DNA of 55,305 nt, filler included, from Catajapyx aquilonaris (Eukaryota), in NCBI GenBank assembly GCA_000934665.2. It is 4 parts of 4 records of this genome, joined end to end, with 100 filler letters (N's around TTAATTAATTAA, not from the genome) between each part and the next. Parts side by side here need not be neighbours in the genome. Positions count along the whole stretch, not along the records: positions 13,888 to 27,617 come from JYFJ02008003.1; positions 27,718 to 41,473 come from JYFJ02008004.1; 2 more parts are not named here. One strand, 5' to 3'. Below the pieces are notes generated by a model, which worked only from the letters and a program-made list of their open reading frames with translations, was not told where the DNA came from and made no database searches. Of the stretch, positions 24,430 to 36,600 are shown one piece after another. Each line of letters begins with the position of its first letter. The first letter of the stretch is position 1. A program made the translations under genes and the position numbers.

Positions 24430-26017
24430 CTGCTACACATATTTAGTGTTCCATAAGAATTCCGGAGAAATAATTGGGTCATTGCAGAGGTGCCATCAGG
24501 TCTCCGAAGGCGCGATAATGACATAACTAGCATTTAGTCAAATATGCAATGCACCAGATCCTTTTTCGTATGTCCAGCGCGCGGCATTCCCAATGATATA
24601 AAACTACATGGAAACTATTGTATTTTGAATTTAAAAGGCATACTGTACTTACAACTGCAGTAAGTTGGTTGACATACTGCTTGAAGAGGCGGTAGGCAAT
24701 TACGCATTTGATTCTGTCTCTTACAACGGACAGTAATTGACAATCAGACAGCCTGCATGAGCAAAAAACCGTGTAGGCGCATGACAAAGACTGTCTGGCG
24801 TCTGTTGGCAGCTACAATCGCAAAAGACAGTTTAAATTTTACGCCCATTTTTAATTGCAGGTATGATACTATGTTGCAATATGCCTATGCAGGATATATT
24901 TTGATAATCACAGGCTTGAAAAATTAGGGTAATGGAAAACTGATTGGAAGGCTGTGGCTGATTATAATGTTAGGTGTGCTGATTTCAAATATGACTGCTA
25001 TTTACCTATTTTTCTTCATCCGGTAAGGATTTTCCACAGAATGGGTTAGACATTAGAAGATATGAGAAAATATAATGTTATGTATTCTGGTTAAACAGTT
25101 TTTTAAAATGGGTAAATAGTGAAAAAACCTGCAATCTCATGTCCCAGCTAATTTCTGGACTTAATATAACATCTGAAAACCAGCTAACATGCAAAGAAAT
25201 AAGATTGCAACTTGTGGAATACGGGGCACATAACAAATATGTAATGAGAAAATTCTTTCATATTTTTCTTTAGCCCACAGAGTGTGAAAAGTCATGTCCG
25301 AGGCGTGCGCTCAACCTTCACTTTAGTAGTTTTGTCAATTTTTATTTCACTTTTTATATTAGAGTAATGGAGAAAGGAATACTGAAGGTAAAGGCTAGTG
25401 CATTCTTTGTCCTGAAGTTCCAAATTGCATCGATTTTATTGCAAGAGTAGTTTTGTCCCAAGATTTCTTGTCACGTCCGTGGACAAAAACAAAAACTGTT
25501 ATAAAATCATACAGGAAGCAGCAGGGTTTTTGTCTTTTTGCTTGTTGATGCAGCGATATTGAGAAGCTGAATCAAAAACCTGTTGGTTTGGTTGCTTAAA
25601 GGTGTGTTATTCTGCACTAAACGTCAGATTTAGTGAAGTGTCGAGATCAGTGCATCACATCTCTGGCACCTGGTAAATGTAACTAAGCAGTTCAAGTATA
25701 TGTTTTTTTCTTAATTACATGTGCTATTAGGTACAAAGTTATTCTTTCAAATTACAAGTTTGTAACCCGAACCTACCATGTTCCTCATGTCCGTGGATAC
25801 TACCCGTCCACAGGCGTCCCTAGGCGGGGTCAGATGTTCAAGGACATGATTTTAATAGACCTATTTGAATGTTTTGGACCATCTATGCCATGTTTCTAAC
25901 ACACTGTTAGGTGTACACTACTTATTGCCAGATGTAAGCATACGGATAGGTCTCGAGTACTCTGATTTTCCACATTTTTTGTTTCATTACATTTGAAGTA
26001 CTTATTACTTACATTTA

Positions 26018-26426
26018 CAGTAAAACTTCTATAAGTCGAACTTCTCTATAAGTCGAATAAAATGATGAGCTTGGTTGGTCGAGAGGAGGCCGCATGTACA
26101 GAAAGGCTCAATTTCCTGATCTCCGTCTACCAGACGTACCGAAAGAAGTGCTTGACTCGATTGTGACAATTATTGAAGCCTTGAATCTAAGATTAGGCAA
26201 TATGTCCATAATGGAGATTTTTTAAAAACAAAACAATGAGGAACATTGTAAGTGTGATAGTGACAGTTATTTTCAAGTTTTGAACACCTTTCGTCGCTGG
26301 ATATAAAGGTAGCCTTCCTCATAGAGTTCTGTGCTTAAAAAATTCCAAACTTCCCTAACTCGAATCTTCTATAATTCGGAGTTTTTTTCCGGTCCCATGG
26401 AGATTTGACTTATGGAAGTTTTACTG
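26018..26426. mobile_element. pogo/Tigger-type MITE
   Basis: TA|CAGTAAAACTTCTATAAGTC ... GACTTATGGAAGTTTTACTG|TA. Confidence 0.85.
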
Positions 26427-26923
26427 TATATTACGGACTGTGCTAGCCACTTGGATCGGTGGGTTCGGTTCTACACCCTGTGCCACACCTAGTTCTTCAA
26501 CGTCAAGTAGACTCCACTCTTAACTGTGTGTTTACAGCTGTGGATACAATATTTTTAGAATGAACAAAAAAATGTAAAATTTATGTCTATGATCTCGGCC
26601 GCTATTTTTGCGGGAACGCCAGAGGTAAGACCTACTTTCAAAAAAAATTCTGCATTTTTCTGAGAATATTTTTTTATTTAAATTTTGGAACTGAAATTGC
26701 AATTTTTCACTATTGACCCAAATATGATTTTGTTGCCAAAGAATCATGGAACATACTTATAGATCACCGCCACAGATATTATACCTAGTCTAGGTACCGG
26801 AGGTAATGATACTCACTGATATACTCAAATTAATCCTCAGCGGATAATTGCGTATTTTCTGGTAAATGGAATATGCCGTTAAGTGAAATCTGCATAACTC
26901 TATTATCTGTTAATCTTATAATA

Positions 26924-27561
26924 AATTATCACAAAAAACAATCCCTATGGAATTGTAAAAAAAAAGGAAAGTAAGATCTAAGTGACGGATAGAAATTACT
27001 GAAACAAGACTGGGCTGCGTAAGATCTTCACCATATGGGTAAATGTAACCCAGAGATCTTACTTCCGCATTTAACGTTTTACAAGATGGTGTTGATCAAG
27101 TCATCTTTGTGCTGATTGTAGGGCTGAGAATAGTATTCCCAAGGGTTTATAGGCTGGTTTTTTGAATGATGATTGGTTAAATACTTATGACTTGCTAACA
27201 GTAAGTGACTACTCGTCTGGTTGGTTGGAGATTGGTTGTTCGGACGGTTGATGTTTTCTTTGTTGTGCCATTGATTAAATGAGGTGCTGGTTGGTTGATT
27301 GATTTATTGGTTAATCGATTAGTTGGGGGGCTAGGATGTTAATTGGTTAACAGAGTGGTTTATTAGCTGGATCTTTTAGATAATTTCTAACCTGACATCT
27401 TGTAAAACGTTAAATGCGGAAGTAAGATCTCTGGGTTACATTTACCCATATAGTGAAGATCTTACGCAGCCCAGTCTTGTTTCAGTAATTTCTATCCGTC
27501 ACTTAGATCTTACTTTCCTTTTTTTTTTACAATTCCATAGGGATTGTTTTTTGTGATAATT
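26924..27561. mobile_element. Foldback/MITE with about 165-bp near-perfect TIRs
   Basis: Arms at about 26924-27088 and 27396-27561; spacer contains degenerate (GGTT/GATT)n. Confidence 0.85.
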
Positions 27562-27617
27562 GCAGTTATTTTTTGACAAAGCAATATGAACAAGTAGTTA
27601 TACTCTTTAATGTATTC

Positions 27618-27717
27618 NNNNNNNNNNNNNNNNNNNNNNNNNNNNNNNNNNNNNNNNNNNNTTAATTAATTAANNNNNNNNNNNNNNNNNNNNNNNNNNN
27701 NNNNNNNNNNNNNNNNN
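27618..27717. other. Artificial contig spacer
   Basis: N run with central TTAATTAATTAA. Confidence 0.97.
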
Positions 27718-28411
27718 CGGCGTTACCCGTCGCCGTACCTGCGCCTATCATCCCCAGGCTAACTCAATGGTGGAGCGTTTCCACCGACAGCTGAAGGCAT
27801 CCCTCCGTGCGCTTTCTTCACCGGACAATTGGGTCGATGCACTTCCCCTCGTCCTGCTGGGCATCCGTACGGCGCACAAAGAGGACATAAACGCCAGCTG
27901 CGCCGAACTCACGTACGGCACGTGCCTTCGGCTTCCTGGAGAGTTCTTCACACCGCCAGCTACCCTGCCAGCCACACCACCGGACGCCGCGACGTACCTC
28001 CGTCGGCTCCAGGAGGTGTTCCAGCTCATTCGCCCCCAGCCAGGTTCACGGCACGGCACGGCACCCTGTTTTCAGCACCCGGACCTGCATGCGACGACGC
28101 ATGTGTTCGTCCGTCACGACGCCGCACGTCCACCTCTGCGCCCCCCCTACGACGGCCCGTACCCCGTGACCAGCCGAAGCGACAAGTACTTCACCGTGCA
28201 GATCGGGCAGAGGAGCACCAACGTGTCCGTGGACCGCCTGAAGCCAGCATTCATTGAGGCCGCGGCTGGCCAGACTCCAGGAAACCCGGTCAGCACCAAC
28301 GACACTACCTCACCGGCCCGTTCCATGAGCTGCCGCCGGTCCGACCGCATCGCCAACCAGGTGTCATGTCTGGACGACGATCCAGCCACTGGAGGGGGGT
28401 TAATATGGTGA
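27718..28411 (+). CDS. pol: Gypsy/Ty3 (CsRn1-like) Pol integrase C-terminal part, cut by the contig edge
   Basis: AYHPQANSMVERFHRQLK, WVDALPLVLLGIRTAHKED, ELTYGTCLRLPGEFF, GPY/F module PPYDGPYPV...VSVDRLKPA; open frame ending just past the PPT. Confidence 0.93.
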
Positions 28412-28799
28412 CCCGGCAGGCAAGCCATCCCCTGCCGGCGTCACCTCACGGGCAAATGTCCCCTGACTCCATCAGCCTCCAAACCGATCCTGTCCCTTGC
28501 TCTTTTTCCCTCCAAAAACCGTCAAGGCCAGAGTCGGCCAACTCTGCCTCGATCTCCACAAGGTCCGTGCCTTGGCTATAAAAGAGCAGCGCCAAGGCAC
28601 GGGCCACTTCACTTCATCTGCAGCCTTCAACCAGAGACGACCGACCTCCGATCTTCGCAGCAGGCAGCACGACCTCCAAGCTCCGCAGACGCAGCAGCCG
28701 CAGCAGCAGCAGCAGCACATCAGTCAACGGTCCTTTTCAGGACCAGCTTTACAAACGGCCCTTTTCAGGGCCAACACGAGATTCCGTAAAGGGTCACCA
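28406..28799 (+). mobile_element. Gypsy 3' LTR (about 394 bp, ends +/-2 nt)
   Basis: Follows PPT GGAGGGGGG (28391-28399); inverted termini TGGTGACCC...GGGTCACCA; TATAAAA at 28577-28583; followed directly by mariner coding sequence. Confidence 0.85.
28729..28793 (+). terminator. Two tandem histone-type 3' stem-loops plus HDE-like tract inside the LTR
   Basis: GGTCCTTTTCAGGACC at 28729-28744 and GGCCCTTTTCAGGGCC at 28757-28772, each preceded by AAC and followed by A; AAAGGG at 28788-28793. Confidence 0.85.
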
Positions 28800-29220
28800 A
28801 ACCACACATCGAGGGTCAGCATGGCCGTCATCAATTCCTTCTTCCCAGGCCGAGTCATTTCCACTGAGGGGATTTGGCCACCACGATCACCCGATTTAAC
28901 TCCACCGGATTATTTCCTGTGGGGTTACCTAAAAGGACAGGTCTACAAAAACAAACCAAGAACTATCCCAGCACTGCAGGAAAATATCTGTTCCGCAATT
29001 GAGGGGATAACTCTCGAGATGCTGGCCTGCACTTCCGCGAACATGGAGAGTCATGTTCAGACCTGCTTGGACGCAAACGGGGGCCACTTTCAGCATCTTT
29101 TATGACAATATGTTACTGTCACAGACCAAGGTATGTACCCGTAAAATTTCATCGCCCTACATCAAGTGGTTTACCAGTTGTGCGCCATTTTCCCGGTTCG
29201 GGAGGTAGTGGGACACCCTG
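28800..29220 (+). mobile_element. Tc1/mariner-family element, 3' part (host of the Gypsy insertion)
   Basis: HTSRVSM...WPPRSPDLTPPDYFLWGYLKGQVY...NGGHFQHLL* (stop at 29105); TIR-like end GGGACACCCTG. Confidence 0.88.
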
Positions 29221-29223
29221 ATA

Positions 29224-29878
29224 TGGACCTTTTAGCCGTGACGTATTTGTTTACCTTTTTTTTTCGCGGCGGCCATGTTGGTTGGGCAGAACCAGCATGG
29301 CGGCATGCTGAGCGGGTTATTTCTGCAACAATATCTCGAGTAAGTAAGCCAAGCCGGCCTTCTTTTCGGTTCCAAATTGATGTGGAGGGGAGGGCCAGAT
29401 TGTTGGCCGTCGTCAGGAGAGTGGAGAAGGTCGAGAAAAGTTGGTAACCCACCAAACATCGACTGATTTGCGGAGCTCACACTTTGCACAAAGTAACCAT
29501 TTCCCGTGTTTATTTCCCTGCTGGAAGTTGCAGTGTGACTAATTAACCCCGGCGAACCTCACACACCGGCACAAACACTGCCAACAACACGAGCAGGAGC
29601 GATCATTTACCCACGAGAGTATCGTATCGAGTATCGTATCGCCTCCCCTCTTTGTTTCTCCCGTAGTAAGCCTTTTCGCGTAGTGCGGCAGTGGTTCCAA
29701 AGAGCGGGCCATGTCGGGGAGCCCCGTAGGTAGGCCACGGGCCAACCACGGGCCACAGCAGAGCTCCTAAACCCCGGCAGACCTCAAAAACCATGCCAAC
29801 AACATGGGTGGGATAGGGGTTTTACCCAACCAACATGGCGGCCGCCTTTGTTGTGATGACGTAGCGTTAAAAGGCTCA
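29224..29878. mobile_element. MITE with imperfect TIRs (Harbinger-like)
   Basis: GGACCTTTTAGCCGTGACGT...GGCCATGTTGGTTGGG versus CCCAACCAACATGGCGGCC...ACGTAGCGTTAAAAGGCTC. Confidence 0.5.
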
Positions 29879-30065
29879 TAATGTCAACCATCTCGCTGAG
29901 AAGCAAAAGAAGTGTGCAAAATTTATTATCCTGAGGTACTTGTGCTGCTAAAATAACTGGCATGCATCTTAGGAATGCCCAAATTTGAGCGGCTGTCTGG
30001 CCTCTCAATGCTTCAGGCAACTTCGTGATACATGACGGTTTATTTTTTCTATCAGTAAGAATATT
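29879..30065 (-). pseudogene. CMC/EnSpm-like DNA transposase fragment
   Basis: KNKPSCI...LRGQTAAQIWAFLRCMPVILAAQVPQDNKFCTLLLLLSEMVDIM resembles the QTAxQxWxLxRxLP block of metazoan CMC transposases. Confidence 0.55.
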
Positions 30066-30133
30066 GGCGAACAAATCAGACATAATTATGTGCATTTACA
30101 TGCTGAAGGGTAAAATAATCCACTTGACACTAA

Positions 30134-30864
30134 CAAGGGAAGTGTCTGTAGGGCCATCGGCCAATCGGCCCGAAAATGACACTAGGGGTGAATCGCAGGC
30201 CAGAAATTCATTGGTGAAAGTAAAAAAGTCGCATTAGCCAAGCGTTTTCGAGATATGGGCGACTATAGGTGCCAGGCAAACCTGCTCAGTGACAATGGGG
30301 CGCATTCGGCAGAAGAAATTATAAACAGTCTTCGTGGCTCAGTCGGTAGCATATTTATAATTTTCGCCCTTCCCGGGTGTTTAGCAACACTGCAAACAGG
30401 TTGACGTTGATATTTCGCTTCTCTCATTTGTGTCCTTGTCAACTCGCAATAACTGCTCAATGAAACCGCAACCATAAAATGAACGCGTGTACCACATATA
30501 ATTACGAAGGGACACGAATAAGTTATTATTTACTGAGCTTGTGACTATTCATTTTTCCGAATATGAAGCCATGGAGAGAGTAGGTNGGGGGGGGGAAGTC
30601 GCTTCCCGCGGACTTGAACGTGGAGACTTCGGATCATGACGCGGACGCGATACCGACTGAGCCACGAAGACTGTTTATAATTTCTTCTGCCGAATGCGCC
30701 CCATTGTCACCGAGCAGGTTTGCCGGGCACCTATAGTCGCCCGTATCTCGAAAACGCTTGGCTAATGCGACTTTTTACTTTCACCAATGAATTTCTGGCC
30801 TGCGATTTACCCCTAGTGTCATTTTCGGGCCGATTGGCCGATGGCCCTACAGACACTTCCCTTG
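30134..30864. mobile_element. MITE with about 215-bp TIRs, TAA TSD, containing a tRNA-like segment
   Basis: TAA|CAAGGGAAGTGTC...GACACTTCCCTTG|TAA; arms at 30134-30350 and 30650-30864. Confidence 0.9.
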
Positions 30865-31589
30865 TAAGTATGACAATATCAATCCTATCGCTAGTGAAAC
30901 AACACCCTTCAGAACACCCAATCTTGTGTATGTAGCAAGTACACTTTCAATATTACACTATGCAACGCGGTACTTTGCGGAATCAAGTCTCCCCCCCCCC
31001 CCTCGGAAGAGGAATCAGCAACTGTTAAATTCCTTAAAAAATTGGCCTAGAAAAGATAATGAGATTTATTTCATTGAACACTGTCAGGGCCACTCCATAC
31101 TATTGTGACGAGGCCAGTACAGCGGATGTACTAAGACCAGCAGTGGGAATCCAATGACATAACAGGATATTAGTAACTGGTTCCGGGGATACGAGTCACC
31201 TAGTCCAAGCCAGGACGTTACGTAAATGACCACATATTGAAGGCCACGTAAACAGAAGCCAGGTTGCACACAGACAGGAAGCTGGAAGATGAGTGTGGGC
31301 GCGATCGAGCAATATAAGAAGGGATCGCGAGAGACACAATGGAGAGTAGAAGAGAACACGGAAAAGAGATCAGAAGAGAAGAGAGGAGAAAAGAGCAGAA
31401 GGAAGAGCAGATCTGAAGAGACCCTTAGAGCATCCCAAGAAAAAGCCCAGATGTAGGAGAAAGGACAAGCATCGTGTACCGCTATCAGTTGCGTCGCCTG
31501 TTGGTTAAAGTAACTTAAGGAACGGGCCATGCGCCGAAACTAAAGCAACACATCGAGGATCGATGGGACTCACGGTGGACTGGACTGAG

Positions 31590-32122
31590 GGAGAGGATGA
31601 TCAAGGAGAGGGAGGACAGAATTGACACAACGACTAACTGGCCCGACTACAGATTTGTAAAGATAGAGAGAGAAGAATACCGATATTTGGACAGAGAAAA
31701 TATAATTTTTTTGAAGGTGTTGGCTAAACTCATATGTGGGACACTGTGCAGGGCTAGCTGGTCGTGGTTGACAGAAACGGAGAGGAGCTGTTTATTGTGT
31801 GGGGAGGGGGAGAAAATATGGGGCACATTGTGAGGGACTGCAGTGTAATGATGGAGGAGAGGAGGAAAGGGATACCGGCGGTGGAGGAGATGGAGGATGA
31901 ACAGGAGTATGCCTTTGTAAAGAATGTTAAAAAAGAGGGAGCTCTGTGTAAATATCTGTATGGTATGGTGAAGAAAAGAAAGGATGCAGTTTTGGAAAGA
32001 CAGGGAGAGGGGGTGAGTGTAAATAGAATTATGTAAATGTAAACGTGTAAAGAAGGAGGAGGGTCGGGCAAGCGGCATCTGCTGAATAAAGGCTAAATAA
32101 AGCAAAAAACAAAACAAAAAAC
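31590..32122 (+). mobile_element. 5'-truncated LINE 3' end
   Basis: C-terminal CCHC knuckle ERSCLLCGEGE/ENMGHIVRDC (frameshifted), then AATAAA twice and an A-rich tail. Confidence 0.75.
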
Positions 32123-33684
32123 ACCTAACTGCTGAAATGCCGCTCTAAGGTCACGTGAGTCTGAGGGGGAAACCTATATGAAAAAAACGGAGTTGCAGTG
32201 GGGTGTACCAAAATTTGGTGATACTAACGCTGGGGGTGGGTGGGGGAGGGGAGAAATGAAAATAGGAAGGGAGTAGGGTGAATGAGAGGGGGGGAGGGGG
32301 GAGGATATGCCTTGGATCAGGTGGCTTCAGGCAATAACAATGTACTGTAAAATGTAGTCCTTTTTTCTCAATTTTTATTGTTACAAGTAATACATTCAGA
32401 TTTTAAAGCATATAAATTTAAAACACCCAGGGATTCACAAAAGACATAAAAGCTAAGGAGTTTCATGAAAAGCCAGACCATTTCGTTGGCTGTAAGATTA
32501 AATTTTTTCCGACATATTAGAGTATTAATATATAGTCAAAATTACTGAAATCACATGAGACAGTGTGGTACACTTTTCAATGTTCACTGTTTTTAAAAAA
32601 TCAGGTTATCATTCGTGGTGAACACTCATGTGTCAATAAAGAATTTATATGGTATTACATTTTCCAATTTTCTCAGATTTTTAGTGAATGATTGCGTCGT
32701 CTTAAAAGAGCGGGAAAAGGGTTAGAAAAACTTGAATTCACATGTGTACATTAAAAAAACCAACAATTCACCATATCCTGACTTCAGGCTAGATGTAACA
32801 CACCAAGGCTTATACAACTACTGATTGACAGCCGAACTTGACATAGCTTTCCTACTAGCATGTGACTTTTATCATAACCTTCCGACCATCCTCTACTGCA
32901 AGCTAGTCAGAATGAGTGCCAGAAGAAGTGATGAGCTTGACGGATGGAAATATACAGGCGGAAGCATATGCATTGCGGAGTATGGAAACAATGAATATCC
33001 ATCCATTACTTCCCTGTACACAAAAATTCAGACCAGAGAGTGTTCCATAGTTTCAGTACCATGAAGTACCATGAATTTGTTTCTAATGGACATGCTTATA
33101 GATACATATTGGGGTGCTCTGGAGAGGCAGCGGACATCACAGGAAATTGGGAAACCTACATGGCACCACAATAATATTTTGTTTACATTGTAGTGTCAGC
33201 GCTTGTATACATTTTTCTCCAGAACAGAGATGTGAAGGATGAGAGAAGGCGTTCAGGTTAAGGCCAGTTAGATTGCTATGAAAACTTGCTTCAAGCATGT
33301 AAATCCGCTAACACTGAACAAAATATCACACAGTTGATGGGCTATCAGCAGCAAGTCACAATGTGTCACTTTATTCTGTGAGAGACACAGTTGACAACAA
33401 AAAATGTAAAAATTATAAGGAAGCTTTACGTTCGGGAACTTGAGCAAAGCAATTAATTCAATGTGACATGTGAATAGTAAGGTACTGCTTATTAATAAAA
33501 CCAGAATCCTAGTGACAAAGTTATGCAAATTGTTTACTCCACCCATCATCATATATTTTTCAGTCTTTTTTATTATTAATGAGAACAAGGAGACAACGAA
33601 ACAGGGCGGGGGGGGGGGTGGGGTGNTGTCACTGCTGCGAATGTGCGTGATTGAATACATATTCCATGATGTTAGGGAAACGAC

Positions 33685-36600
33685 CTATGCTTGCGGGACC
33701 ATATTGTGCACAAACTTGCGAGGCTTACTTTTCCGTTTGGATATCCGGGTTTTCTTGGTGGACATTGATTCCTCAGAGTTCGTCATTCTCATCCTCTTCG
33801 TTTCTCCTCCTATCTTTACTACACTATCCTCATCATCATACCCTTCCCTTTGGGTTCCTCGTCCATTCTCCTCCACTCCTAAAAATTGGACGATGATCGC
33901 CGTCATGTTATCGCGACCTGTGCCATGACACTGATATTCTGGCGCCAGGCAGCTATCAAACAGCTGAAAGAGAGAAATACCCACATTATGTAACAATAAT
34001 GTTGCCGAAACAAAAAATAGCTCTTTACAAAATTAATCACACCAGCCTTTAAACTCCACAACACCTTCACTGCTACTTCCGTACAACAAACGTAACCTAG
34101 CCATTGAGTAACTTGTTGTTTCCATGCAATATTTTAGGTGCATGACCATGAGAGTTACCGCCAGCATCCAGAATTTGACACGAATTTAACTTGACCAATA
34201 TAATCAAAAGCCACCACACCTGCTCACAGATCGTAGACAGCTTAATGCCTGGAGTCTGGAGTCTGGTTCGTACAAAATCCACCACCTCCTGGCTGGTCAT
34301 AGCGTTCCAGATTCCATCGCATGCTAAGACCATAAATTCATTCTTCTGGGGATTTATGGTGTATGTCCGCACGTCTGGTAGGGCTGTTACCATCTGCTCG
34401 CGAGCTGATAACTCCTCATTCTGTTTGAAGCGGTGGTCACCTTAACAAGGGCAATAGAGAAAAGAGCAATGCTTAATAGTTTGCACTATTCACACCCTAT
34501 TAACTATAAACTAGGGTCGTCGGGTCGCTGGTGGCCCGAAACTTACGAGAATATATTGGGAGTGTCATGTAACTGATTAATCAAAAGCCAAATCCCTTTG
34601 TGCATTTTTCAAACATAACACAGTGCTCTTAGGATATTTCATGATTTTAACGGCATTCTTTTGATAGTTAATTTGATATGACTTCATTTCTCTAGGTATT
34701 TCAGGGCTATGGTGATATTTCAAAAGCCTATTTGGGAAATGGTACAGATGTAGGATTGTCGTGCCTCTAAAAAAATTGACCTCCCAATTTAAAAACCGGA
34801 TTTTTTGATATGTTATAGCTCAGACCGTTTCCTTGTGATTGGAAAAAAATACTGTATGTAAGTAGTAACCGAGGTAGTAACATTTCATTTAAGGTAGATA
34901 TCATTGGATTTGAAGGAGTGATGCAATTGCCCCCAAATTACGATGGCTAATAGTCAGAAAATAAGTTTCGAAATTCTAGTTTCGACGCCATACGACGGAC
35001 AGGGTAAAAACGATCATGGGCAGATACGTTGATCCTTCCATGGGTAGGCGCCTTCTTTCAACTTATGCGCAGGCGCGCCAGCCGTCGAACGAGGCCGTGT
35101 GGGAAGCTTAGCTTGCCCACCCACATTCCGACAGGAAAAGTCATGCTAGACAGAGTGTTGATCCCATGAACTAAGGCACAAGTTAGGACAGATGTTCGCT
35201 ACAAGTGGTCGATATTTGACATACCGATACGACGTAATTATGTCATTCATCGCTAGCTAGTGGAGTGTACGCTCCGGAGATAATTGTCGTGTCTGAGCAA
35301 ATCGTGCGGCGATATGGTACCAGCTATTTCGGAATAAGGTCGCTAGCGTGAAGTACAACCAGAGACCCGAACTACAGGCCACAGCAATTACCGACAGTTT
35401 CCTGAAGTGTCCTAACTTGGGCCTTAGTTCATATGACCAACACACGCTCTCTCTCTGGCATGTTCGGAAGTGTGCAAAGAACTAGTGTACCTAGTCACCA
35501 AAGGCAAGCTCCCTATTCAAAGATAAACGCATGTTGTGCAGTCTGTTAGATATGGGATCCCCGAGATAGTGACCTCCATCGGGGTCATTCATCGTGGCCC
35601 CACGTCCAGATATGTTCGGAAGAGTGCAAATAACTATTGTACCTGTCGAGTTTCACTTGTTTATCACCGAATGCAAGCTTCCAATTCAGATAGTTTACGT
35701 AGAGAGCAACCCTGCGAGTGACCCCCAGCGGGGTCATCCATAGTGACCTCACTTCCAGACATGTTCAGTAGTGTCCAAAGACCAATTGGGGCGAGTATCA
35801 TGTTTTGATCACCGAATGCAAGGCGCCTTATTCATGTAAAGGTATGCAGCACCTGTTCGATTTGGCAACTCCGCGATAGTGACCCCTGGCGGGATCCAGA
35901 TATGTTGAGATGTGTTCAAAGAACTGGCGTACCGAGTTTCACGTTTTTATCACCGAATGCAAGCTCCCAATTCACACTGTCTATGCAGAGAGTTGGGAGT
36001 TGTCACGAAATGCAATGTTTGGGCGTATGTCCCTTAGCACATGACTATAATTATGGACTTGAAAGGTCTCGTTTATAATGCACAAAAAGTACAGTCACAG
36101 AATGTGGTGTCTGGCAATATTATGTTATGTACTGTACTATCGGGTTCAAATACTTTTGGCAACTTTACCTTGGTCTTGAAGCAACCCTTCACACACAAAC
36201 ACACACACATCCTTAAAGTGGGGTATGTGCGAAGGGTTGCTTCAACACCAGGATAAAGTGACCCTAAACCACTAAAACCATACCTCATTTGCCACATTTA
36301 GAGAAATATTCGCGAATAACTTTTAATAACTGCGAAGTGCCGTAACCTTGGACGCCATCTTGTTTTTGGGTCACAAGGATCCAAAATCCATAGTTCTAAC
36401 CTCGATTTTCGAAATTAAATTAGTCTAAAAAGGCTGCTACCAACTTGTTTCCTATTCTGCTTCTAACATGAACGATATGATACTTGGCGCCTGGTCTAAT
36501 TTTGGCGCACATACACTCCTTCAAATCCAATTATCTTCTTTAAATTGAATGCCACTACTTAAAAACTTTTCTAATCTCAAGAAAAAGGTCAGAGCTATAA

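Noticed and set aside
28406..28414. TGGTGACCC as a tRNA-Trp primer-binding site
   Set aside because: It directly follows the PPT and mirrors GGGTCACCA at 28791-28799, so it is better read as the LTR terminus; the match to tRNA-Trp stops after 9 nt
28600..28730. A histone gene upstream of the tandem stem-loops
   Set aside because: No histone-like translation in any frame; the upstream sequence is integrase, PPT and LTR
28497..29105. 202-aa ORF with poly-Q joined to a mariner C-terminus
   Set aside because: Chance read-through from LTR into the interrupted transposase; begins at a non-ATG codon upstream of the LTR TATA box
31082..31551. Possible solo LTR (TG...CA, TATA-like, purine-rich)
   Set aside because: No convincing TSD or second copy in the window
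35450..35990. CRISPR-like array
   Set aside because: Eukaryotic intron; whole units are degenerate copies with no unique spacers or cas genes
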